Source: Felis catus
Lineage: Eukaryota
DNA length: 64,000 bases
Direction: 5' to 3'
NCBI RefSeq assembly: GCF_018350175.1
Contig: NC_058368.1
Location: forward strand, 147,438,001-147,502,000
Each line of letters opens with the position of its first letter. Position 1 is the first letter of the stretch. Below the pieces are notes generated by a model. That model saw only the letters and a list, made by a program, of their open reading frames with translations, was not told where the DNA came from and searched no databases. A program made the position numbers and the translations under genes. This document shows positions 13,370-23,310 of this stretch, piece after piece.

Positions 13370-14530
13370 GTACACCGCTGCCCGATGGTTGTCTGGGAGC
13401 GGGAAAGGAGAGGCCCGGCAACATCACCGTGGCTGGTTTGCCTCCCGCGGTAAGCAGTGCCCTAGGCGCGGGTATCTTTAGAAGGCAGAGCTGCGAGCTG
13501 CATCCAGCCGGGACTCACCGCACCCCAGGGTTCCTGCAACCAGACCCTGCGAGGAGAGCGCGGCCACGCACGCTAGACACGTTATCTCCTCCTCCACCCC
13601 CTCCGCTCTCCACCTCGGCTCGGGGACAGATGGTGGCTGCGGTGGCAGGGTGTAGGTGCGTGTGACTGGGTGAATGTGTGTCTTCGTGTGTGGGGTGGGA
13701 ACGGAGGCGGTGAAGGGAGGAGGAGACGATTGTGCCTGCGGTTCTTCCCTTCGCCTTCCTGCTAAGGGAAGAAAGTGCAGAAGGAATCCAGATGGGAAAT
13801 AAGAGAAAGGAAAATAACAGTGGTGGGAGCACTGCCTTCACCCTATCGCCTGGGAACTCGGCTGAGCAACTACAAAGCCATTACCATCCCTTCACCTTCA
13901 GTGGAGTGGCTGCTTCTGCCTGATAACTGGAAGGGCACTTTGTAAACGCTGGCAAGGCACACACCTACACGCACGCCTACACACGCTGGGGAAAATAGCC
14001 ACCTTCTGGGGGAGGGAGGGAGGGAGGCCCAGGCAAAGCTCGGCCACGGATCGCTGCCGGCAGGGCAGCCGAAGGCCTCCAGGAACACCAGGCTTCTTGG
14101 GCAAACAGTAGCCCGAGAGCCCACAATTTATCTGGGAAGCAAATGGATGGATGGATGCATGGATGGTGCGTGTGGAATACTCGTGTAGTGTCTAATTTCA
14201 AATGGATTCGAGTCAACGCTTTTAATTCAACTATCCTTTTTGAGAGGCACAGCGTTTTAAACCCTGTAGTGCACTCAGCTCTCCACCTGAAGCAGCCTGC
14301 TAAGGGTTGTTATCACCCTCGGACCCCTCAGAAGGGGCATTCTCCACCGGTGAGCGCCGAAGGGGAGCAGGACCCCCTTGAGCGGTCTCTCCAGGGCCCC
14401 TGCCTCTCCTCCTGCCCTTTTCCAGCGCCAACTTGAGCCTGGACCCGCGACCCGCGCAGTGACGCGCGGCCAGAACAAGGGTTCGTATTGACAAGCCACC
14501 CTTCGCAAAGGACCTGAAATTCGTCTATAC
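13370..14530. promoter_or_regulatory. Second, weaker CpG-rich block in intron 1
   Basis: Elevated GC and many CpGs (e.g. cgcggccacgcacg, cccgcgacccgcgcagtgacgcgcgg); separated from the main island by a (TTTTA)n tract. Confidence 0.75.
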
Positions 14531-14575
14531 AACTCAGTAGGAGACTCCTCGGAGTCCTGTAATAATACTAATTAT

Positions 14576-14657
14576 TTTTATTTTATTTTATTTTATTTTA
14601 TTTTATTTTATTTTATTTTATTTTATTTTATTTTATTTTATTTTTTTATTTTATTTT
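14576..14657. repeat. (TTTTA)~15 pentanucleotide microsatellite
   Basis: 12 perfect units at 14581-14640 plus flanking units. Confidence 0.97.
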
Positions 14658-15476
14658 GCAGTCTGATTTATTTCACACAAGTCATGGAAAGCACAACCAG
14701 ACCCGCTCTTACAACTTTTCTGCTCTTGGGCGGGGGAGCGAGGATGTTTCGCACTGCAAGATTGTCCATGCCCACGAGTTACGCTTGCACCCGGAGGGAG
14801 TGCTGAGCCAAGCTCGGAGCCCCTGAGGTTAGGCGAGAGGTAGGTTCCAGGGTTTTTTCTGTAACCGACGCAGCGAGTCCGGGGTGGGGAGGCAGGAGAA
14901 AGCCCGACTGACTAGTCAGATCCGCCTCCACCTCACCCACCTCCAGAACTCCCAGGGCCAGGTTCGGATTTGCAAAGCGCGCAGCCCGGGCCCACTTTGG
15001 CAGAACCGCACCCGGGAGCGGACCGCCATGCGGCTCCCCAGCCTCCTCCCGTTTCAATCAGATGACGCCCACACGCTCGCCTCCCGGCCCGGGCCCCCAT
15101 GGGAGCCCCGCCCGTCGCCCGTGGCTGGCATCACTGGCATTGCCCAAGGAGGTTCGCGCAGTGACCCGTTGGCCGAGTGAGCCGAGGAGCCTCTGGTTCC
15201 CCGGAGCGCCGTTCCCTCCCGCCTGCCACAGTCCCCGTCTTTCCTCGATCTCACCTCGGTCCCCCCGCACCCCCTTCCCCCGCTCAGCCCCACGCACTCC
15301 GCTCTGACTTTGCCAGCACTTTTCCGAGGCACCTAGGGCGCGCCGCCGCCTCCGTACCGCCCGCGGCGCTCGCCACCCCTGGCGCGCCCCGGGGACCGCC
15401 TCCAGCGCCCTGCGCGGTATTTCCCAAGGGACTTCAGCCCGTCCCGCACCTTGCAGCCCGGGCCCCGCCGCCTCAC

Positions 15477-15546
15477 CTTTGCAGAACTGGGGGACACTGA
15501 GGCTGAGCCCGATCAAGAGCCAGGCGGCCACCGAGCGCTTCATCAT
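15477..15546 (-). CDS. EDIL3: First coding exon of EGF-like repeat and discoidin I-like domain protein 3 (Del-1); signal peptide; phase-1 donor
   Basis: Translates (M)[23 protein letters not shown], matching the human EDIL3 N-terminus as I recall it ([23 protein letters not shown]). Ends at a consensus donor AAG|GTGAGG (plus-strand cctcac at 15471-15476). 67 nt from the second ATG (15543) to the donor; lies in a CpG island. Confidence 0.95.
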
Positions 15547-16130
15547 TCTGTCTCCCGGACGTGACCCCGGCTGGTCAGGGGTCGTAACGGAGGGCAGTGT
15601 CGCTGAGGTGGCACCGCAGGGCAGCGGCAGACCCCGCCCCTGGCAGAGAATTCAAGAAGACGTCTTCTGCCCGCAGCACTACCTTAAACAAATTCTTGAA
15701 GAGGACGAGAAAGAGTGGCGACCAAAGAGAGGAACCTCTCTTCCCCTTTTGCCTGCGCTCCGGCGCGAAGAGGTGGGCGAGCTCCGAAGAGCCGCTGGCG
15801 GGCTCAGCCTCCGCTGCGGGTGGGTCCCGACTGAGGCGCTGCGGGCGGGGCGGGGCGGGGCGCGGGTTCCCGCGGCGGCCCCGGGTCACCCGCGCGGGTG
15901 GACGGGCAAACGGTGCGCTCGGCCCGCTCAGCGCTCGCCGCCGCAGCTGCGGGGCTTCTGACTTGGGAGAACAATGAAGCGTGAGCTAGCGGGGAGCCAG
16001 CCTCCGGCCGGGAGCGCACTGTGTACAAACAGAGGCGGCGTGCGTGTGAGCCCGAGCTTCGCAGCCGCCGCGCTCCCCGGGTGCCTGCCCGCCCCACCCG
16101 CCTCCCGCCTCCCCTCTTATTCCCTCCCCC
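15547..16130 (-). promoter_or_regulatory. EDIL3: EDIL3 5' UTR / core promoter (TSS not determinable from sequence)
   Basis: GC- and CpG-rich DNA directly upstream of the ATG. No upstream ATG on the minus strand between 15547 and ~16130. GC boxes at 15843-15860 and ~16088-16110. Confidence 0.7.
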
Positions 16131-16140
16131 AGTCTTCCCC

Positions 16141-16172
16141 TCTTTCCTCCCTCTCTTCTCCCTCTCTCTCTC

Positions 16173-16228
<56 letters not shown>
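16141..16228. repeat. (CT)n/(GA)n polypyrimidine tract at the upstream edge of the promoter
   Basis: Direct reading: long ctctct run ending in ...ctctcag. Confidence 0.95.
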
Positions 16229-16229
<1 letters not shown>

Positions 16230-17651
16230 GTGGCTCCTTCTGCTGGAAGAGAAAAGGGACACACAACTGCAGCCACACCCTGGCACCTGCCACCACCTCT
16301 AAAGTTCCTACATTGCCTGTGCCTTCCCTGCACACGCTGGAGACTGTAGAGTTAAGGGAAGTACCTTGGGGTCCGAGATACTCTCGGTTCCAGCACTGAC
16401 TTTACAATTAACCACGTTAAAGATGCCCCTGAAGTCCCGTTCTCAGTATAGCCAGGGAAAGAAGTTAAGAAATTTTGAAAAGTGACTCTTGGGGCACGAA
16501 GCTACGTTAGAAATGAAACCCTGTAAAGTGAATTGCCCAGATCCTCAGAAAATACAACCTCGTCCAGCAGGCAGACTCTAGGCTGCTCTCTTGCACTTTA
16601 GTTAGCTCTAGGGCTGGGAGAGAGGGTTGTGAGCTTATCTACTCACAGGGACAAAAAAGGTCAAGGCCTAGGGCAAGACAGGAGGAGACACGTTTCATAT
16701 CTGGTATCTCGTTAAGCAGGACACGTTTCAGATGAGAAATAATGGGGAGAGTGTGGGGACTGTGCAAGAAAATAGAAGGCAAGGACAGATTCGTGAAGTG
16801 TTACTTAGGTGGGTCAAATTTCTCTGCTACCCACCAAAACCAATATAAACGACCTAGTTTTTGCAGTGAACGAAGCTGCAAAATACAGACCGTGGCTTAA
16901 AATAGTGCTTCCTCCTCTGTTTTTACCTTAGAATGATTGCTTAATGTACATGGATTTGATCCCAGCAGTTGCAGGTATCAAAATGAAACACAGGTCTCTT
17001 ACCTTCTTCCAGAGAAGGAGGTAGAGAAAGAGAAAACCACAGGAAGGGGAGAGTTGTAGGATACATTCCTGAAAGCAAGGATTTGAAATGAGAATGGACT
17101 CAGAAAGAGGTAACAGGGCAACTTCATCTCCTTTTGCCTCCCTGAATCCTTTAAATGCCAAGTTCTATCTTCCTTGTGGAATTGCAAGTGAGATCAAGGA
17201 TGAAAGGTTGTTGGGAAAGTAATACTGCATGTTGCTATGGAGGAGTTAAGGTACTGTACCATCCACAAACACGAAACAACAGCAGCAACAAAAATGATGT
17301 CAGAGCAAGTTTTGTTGAGATCTCATGTTTGGTGGGAGGGTAAAAAAAAAATAAATTTTTTAAAACCTGACTTGGCTAAGGGAAAGAGGGAGAATCATTT
17401 ATTTACTACTTTAAAGCTTAAAGCCACAGATGTGAGAATAGGACACCATCATCCAGAGCTGTTGCAGGGAAGTTTTACACAAATTCCCACTTTCTTCCAC
17501 ATCATTATTATCTGATTTTGAAAGTAAGCTTTCAGTCATGTTGTGGCATGTCCATCATAAAGTACCTGTAACATTTTGAAATGATATATTTACATTTAGT
17601 TTTAAGGTTTTATTTTTAAAGGCTAGTACTAAATCTCAAAAATATAAAATT

Positions 17652-17830
17652 GGGGGCACCTGGGTGTCTCAAGCAGTTAAGCATCTCTCAGTTTTGGCTA
17701 AGGTCATGATCTCACTGTTTGTGAAATCAAGTCCCCCATAGGGCTCCAGGCTGGCAGCTTGCGATTCTCTCTCTCTGACCTTCCCTTCCCCCCTCTCTGG
17801 GTCTTTCTCAGAATAAATAAAATAAACTTT
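17652..17830 (+). mobile_element. CAN-SINE (diverged), followed by an AT-rich tract to ~17942
   Basis: gggggcacctgggtg head; aataaataa tail. Confidence 0.88.
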
Positions 17831-18128
17831 AAATATATACTTATATTTAAAAATATATTTATATATACTTATATTTATATATACATTTTATTATAAATAT
17901 ATATTTTATATATATAAATATGTTATATATTTACATATATATCAGAATCCAGTTTTTCTGTGATGAGAGATAAAGAAGGGTGCCAAGAGTTTTATTTTCC
18001 TATTTTATTCTTGGTTTATTCCCACTCTTCCCTTAATAAGTATGTTAGGAAGTTAAGTTTTTAGTAACGGTGCATGTTACTGAAATTTTATCTTTTATTT
18101 TAAATTCTTTTTGAAAAACTACAGGAAA

Positions 18129-18355
18129 GGGATGCCTGGGTGGCTCAGTGGGGTAAGTGTGTGACTTCGACTCAGGTCATGATCTCCCAGGCCACAAGTT
18201 CAAGCCCTGCATCAGGCTCTGTGCTGACAGCTCAGAGCCTGGAGCCTGCTTTGGATTCTGTCTCTCTCTCTCTCTGCCCCTCCCCAGCTTGCCAGCTATT
18301 TGTCTGTCTTTCTCTCTCTCAAAAATAAACAAACGTAACAACAACAACAACAAAA
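18129..18355 (+). mobile_element. CAN-SINE
   Basis: gctgacagctcagagcctggagcctgc core; caggaaag TSD remnant. Confidence 0.92.
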
Positions 18356-18840
18356 TCCTCCAGGAAAGCACAAAATTACATTAAAATGCATATTCTATGA
18401 CCAAATATCTGGAGTTTGTGCCTGTAAATGCCATTCTATATTATCAGGTAGATGACCTGTAAAATATGTCACCAGTTCAATGCCATTTCCAGGTTAAATT
18501 GGATAGTCTTAGTTCCATATGCATAGATCTTGTGCAGTTACTTCTTTTTCCCACTTATCAATAGTGATGTTGTACCAAAAAGACTTTAATTTTGAATATT
18601 CTAGGCACTCTACCTTATATTTATAGGACTTATGTCACTCTTACTAAATTCATACCTACCTTCTTCAGAAGTGGAATATAAGAAATGTTTTAAAAACCAC
18701 AGAAAATAGGTTTATTTTTTTTAAAGGACAAAATGCTGTTATGACTTTTACCTCACATAAATTGCAAAGAGACTTTTACTGACTGTATATGATGTCTACA
18801 GTTTTATACCTTGTCTAAATATGTGCCTGAAATGTCAAAA

Positions 18841-19037
18841 ACAAATCTATACTTCACTTGAAGACAGAACTTCCCAAAATAAGTCTGCAGACTTACTTTC
18901 CCCAGGATGTTAATAAGTTATACAAATCTATACTTCACTTGAAGACAGTTATAAGTTAACAAATCTATACTTCACTTGAAGACAGAACTTCCCAAAATAA
19001 GTCTGCAGACTTACTTTCCCCAGGATGTTAATAAGTT
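18841..19037. repeat. Complex local duplication: 79-bp copy, 27-bp partial copy, 79-bp copy
   Basis: acaaatctatacttcacttgaagacag... starts at 18841, 18922 and 18959; the first and third copies run 79 bp. Confidence 0.95.
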
Positions 19038-19894
19038 TTGGGCAGAAAAAGAGGTTCCGTGGTCAAATAATTTTGGGAAAGACTGTATTAAAGCATTAAA
19101 AACTTTGAATTGTCCTGTGCTTAAGAAACGTTTCCAAACATGTTTAATCCAGTATTTTGCAAACTTTTCTTTTTTTCACATGACAAACTTTTCTTCAGAA
19201 TACCTGTTAAGATAAAGGGGATTTAGTGCTATAAGGAAAACAACTTGGGAAATATTGTCTGAAAATAAAAGAGAATAAAGAGTCAACAAAACAAACAAAA
19301 ACAAGACTGAGGGAAGTTTAATGGTTTTCAAGAATTCTTCTTACTGGCTCAGAGTTTGGATTCTAAAACAGTACATACCTCAATTGAAATAATATCTTTA
19401 CCATTATGACTCTTTTAATGCAGGCAAGGCAATTAAAGGCTAGGTATCAGTATTCTGATCTGTAAAATGGAGTAAAACTCATAGTGGTAGCTTGTTATGG
19501 TGCACAAAAGGACCTAGTCCAGTAATGAGTACACAATGACAATGATGATAATAATGATGAATAAGAAGACAATAATCACATATGGAATTCCAAAACTTTT
19601 TCTCAATAGCTGATTATCTCCGTTTCCCACCCCTCACTCCCATTAAATTACCTCGAAAAATGTTCATTCACCTTTTATTTTCTCAAGCAACAAATAACAC
19701 TAAATACAGTATTTCTTATTATTTCTGTAATTATTGAATGATATTTATAAATAAACTAGATACGGGAAGAGTCTTAGATTATTTGATCAACTTACATTCA
19801 GTACCATTTTTAGTTTTTAAATCATTTTCCATTTATAAAATATTTTACATTTATAAAACTCCATTTTCTTTAATATCCTAAATGGCCCTGATTA

Positions 19895-20047
19895 AAAGTT
19901 GGATTTCAGCTTTGTGAGATAAAAAGCAGAAAACTCAGCCAAGCCCACCTGGACATCTGACCTGAATAATTGTGAATTAAGAAATTAGTGTTTTCTAAGC
20001 TGCTAAATTTGTGGTAATTTGTTAAGCTGCAAGAAAAAATTGATAGA
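19895..20047 (+). mobile_element. MLT1 LTR 3' fragment
   Basis: ttttctaagctgctaaatttgtggtaatttgtt. Confidence 0.7.
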
Positions 20048-20049
20048 GA

Positions 20050-20420
20050 AGCCCATTGTTATTATCCCCTTTTTAGAGAGAAGGAAGAAGGCACAGATTG
20101 GTTAGATCCTTTGTCCAGGTTATCAAGTTAGTGTATGTTCGGGCCAATAAATGAACCTCATCAGTCTGAATCCAGAGCCCAATCATTCCACTGGCAACGA
20201 TTATGGAGAGTCAACTTTATGCTAAACATTTTTAGATATATTTCTTACTTTAATCGTCCCAACAAACACTATGAGGTAAACATAATTATTATTTCAATTT
20301 AAATCAGTTGAGGAAACCAAGGATAAAAACATTTAAGTAATTTGCCCCAAATTACGGCAGCAGTGAAAGATTGAGCCAGGATCCAGGATCCGAGCCCTAG
20401 TATGATTCCAGGAGTGATTT
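20050..20420 (-). mobile_element. Two adjacent MIR fragments
   Basis: attatccccttttagagag; gaggaaaccaagg...aagtaatttgcccca. Confidence 0.7.
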
Positions 20421-21230
20421 TCATAAACATTATATTATAGCATCTATTTATAAAGTGGCCTATTTTATTTATTAATATTTTCAATTTTAGTTCTAATTGT
20501 AACTGTCATTTTTTAGTAGTCTGTATTCTCTCTGTCACTCTTGAGTTATCATTTTAGAGTATACTTTACCCAAATGTAGAGTTCCAAAGATATTTTAAAA
20601 TTCTCTAAAATATTGCATAATATATAGCACCTTTTTTCCATTGCTATCCATAAACACCAATTCTTTCTTCTAATCCTCTGCTCATGCTGTTATCCTTATC
20701 TGAAATGACCTCTTACAAATTGTACTAGCTAAATTCCTACCTCCATGTAAGACCTCCCAAAATTATTGCAGCAGCACAGAATCATGATCTTTTAGAATTA
20801 GCACTTTTTGTGTTTCTCTAGTTATTTCATCGGTGTTAGTATTACCTTCCAAGTAAATACAAATGGTTCTTGCTATGAAGATAGCTGCTTGCCTTAGACA
20901 TAGCTGAGTGTTACGTTTTAAACTTGTTTAGTTTTCCTACAATGAACACTAAGGCAAATTCATTTTTAAGACTACATGTTTTAAACCAAATTCCCAGTTC
21001 CTAGTATTTCCCTGCTTAATTCCATGATGGATGCTGTTTCCAGAAAATATACAAGGTCGTTATAGGAGAGTGAGCCTTTGCTTTCAGAGTCTGATCCTCC
21101 TAAAGAAATTTCTGGTGCCTAATTCCTTCTAGTTTCCCACTCAACCGATTTCAGTTACTTAGCTTTTAGCTCCCTAAAATAGTTTTGAATAATTAATACA
21201 TGTACATAAGAAATATTCAAAGGGTGGCGA

Positions 21231-21450
21231 GGGCGCCTGAGTGGCTCAGTCGGTTAAGAGTCCGATCTCGGCTCAGGTCATGATCTCACGGTTTGTGAGT
21301 TCCGGAGTTCAAACCCCGCGTCAGGCACTGGGCTGACAGCTGAGAGCCTGGAGCCTGATTCAGATTCTGTGTCTCCCTCTGTCTGCCCCTCCGCTGCTTG
21401 TACTCTGTCTCTCGCATTGTCTCAAAAGTAAATAAACTTTAAAAAAAATT
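21231..21450 (+). mobile_element. CAN-SINE with 16-bp TSD
   Basis: TSD agaaatattcaaaggg at 21209 and 21451. Confidence 0.95.
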
Positions 21451-21694
21451 AGAAATATTCAAAGGGACAAGTGGGTAGAGGAAAATAAGTTTCCCCTTAA
21501 ATGACACTCCCTCCTTACATACAGTTGCTTTCTCTATGTTAGGGAAGCTAGTAGCTATTGCTATGCATCCTTCTAAAGTTATGTGCATATATACACATGT
21601 GTGTACATATAGGGTATACGTATATGTGTATATGTACATGTTTTCACAAAAATACCTGAATTATACAAAGATTATACATCTTGCTTTTTCCCGC

Positions 21695-21698
<4 letters not shown>

Positions 21699-21746
<48 letters not shown>

Positions 21747-21762
21747 ATATATGTGTGTGTGT
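21699..21762. repeat. (AT)n/(TG)n microsatellite
   Basis: Direct reading. Confidence 0.95.
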
Positions 21763-21819
21763 ATTTCTGAAATTGTATCAAGTTGTACACAGTATTTGTG
21801 TAACATAAATCCCTTTTGA

Positions 21820-22199
21820 AATTTAAGTAGCTTCCAATCTTTTGCTATTGCAAGCAATGTTGCAGTGAACCCACATTTTGCACACGTGCAAAATAAAATC
21901 ATTAGAATAGATTGAAGTGGCATTGTTAGTTGAGGTTATGTGCATTTAAAATTGTGGTAGATTTTGCCATATTGCCATTCATAAAACATTTATGAATTCA
22001 TCCTTCTACCTATAATGCATCAGAGAGAGTGTCTGCCTGCTTCCTGGCCATACAACGTGTTTGCAATTTTGGGTCTTGTCAATTGTGTAGATAAAAAATG
22101 GTATCACGTGGTTTTGAATATCTCTTATGATGAGTGGGTTTTGGCAATTTTTTACATACTAAAAATAATTTATATTTTCTTTATGTTACTTTTCATGTC

Positions 22200-22251
<52 letters not shown>

Positions 22252-23310
22252 TTTCTACTGGATTGCTGACCTTTCTTGAATGACAGGAGCTCCGTATTTA
22301 TTAAATTGTCATATTTATGTCAAAAATTATACCGCTAGTTTATAGCCATTTTGTTTGATTTTACTGTGCTAACATGTTTTATATTTGGAGTGAAATTTAC
22401 CCATCTTCGCTTTATGGTTTCTAGGCTTCATGTTTTGCCAAGATAGGCTCTTGCTATTCTGAGTTTAGGAACATATTTTCTTATAGTACTTTTATGGGCA
22501 TTATGTTTTCATGTGTGTATTTATAATTTTTAACAAACTAAAATTTATTTTTGTTTAAAAGAGTACTATAGATCTTACTTGTTTTCCAGAAAACTATCAG
22601 TTATATATAAAAAACATTTATTGAGTAAGTCCCAGGCTTCTTTATAATATGGCATGCCAACTCAGTCACTTAGTCACTGTATATTTGGCTCTACTGATTG
22701 CTTTTATACACTGTGCCATTTGGTTATGTATTCAGGTGCCAGCACCACACTCTTAATTATTGTTGTTTAAAAATGTTCTTAATAACTGCCAGGGTAAAAT
22801 ACCCTCACCTACTTCTTTGTAAATATGATTCCCTAATATTGTATATGTATCTTCCTCATATATACTTTAGGACGAGCTTGTCTAGATGAAATGGTAGAAT
22901 AAACATATTTATAATAATAGTGTCCCTATCTATATACCCAAGTTTTCTTTTATGTTCCTTTTGTTAGACTTAGATATTTTATCATTTTATGTACCCATCT
23001 AAACGCAGGTTTTTTATGTTTTGTAACTAGTTGTTTTATGTTTATAAGAAGTCTGTATGTGTGTGTGTCAATGTGCATGGACTAATGTTCTACCTAGTCA
23101 CTTTATCAAAATATTTCACTGTTTATATTGTATTTTCAGTTGGTTCTTTTGGGTTTTCTAGATATACAATTATATCATCTGAAAACAGTATTAGTTTTAC
23201 CTTTTTTCAGATTTTCATACTTCTTTTCCCCATCAAATTGATATTACTGCTGCCAAATGAATGCTAAATAAGCAGACATACTTGTATCATTCCTGACTCT
23301 AATGTGTACG
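21820..23310 (-). mobile_element. Ancient L1M 3' region/ORF2 fragments
   Basis: ttccaatcttttgctattgcaagcaatgttgcagtgaac; ttttctagatatacaattatatcatctg. Confidence 0.7.
22199..22255. repeat. (CTTT)n microsatellite
   Basis: Direct reading. Confidence 0.95.

Larger units (their letters stand above)
1..15476 (-). other. EDIL3: EDIL3 intron 1 (5' part; continues beyond the window)
   Basis: Begins with the GT donor at 15476. No EGF-repeat (DICDPNPC-type) exon recognised in the sequence or ORF track; content is repeats and AT-rich DNA. Confidence 0.85.
14720..16130. promoter_or_regulatory. Main CpG island spanning EDIL3 promoter, exon 1 and start of intron 1
   Basis: Visibly very high GC and CpG density against an AT-rich, CpG-depleted background. 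Confidence 0.92.

Noticed and set aside
15058..15546. 162-aa ORF as a complete single-exon protein
   Set aside because: Only the first 23-24 residues match EDIL3; the rest is read-through of the donor into GC-rich intron. It is kept only as part of the alternative-donor and intronic-poly(A) hypotheses.
15651..15700. 5' UTR hairpin (TTCAAGAA/TTCTTGAA plus GAAGACGTCTTC palindrome)
   Set aside because: Stems are short and AT-rich, the CRE is imperfect (AGACGTCT), and it cannot be distinguished from chance without conservation data.
13429..16399. Many overlapping 60-160 aa ORFs on both strands
   Set aside because: Expected from stop-codon scarcity in CpG islands and from the (CT)n repeat (poly-SL/ER); no recognisable domain.
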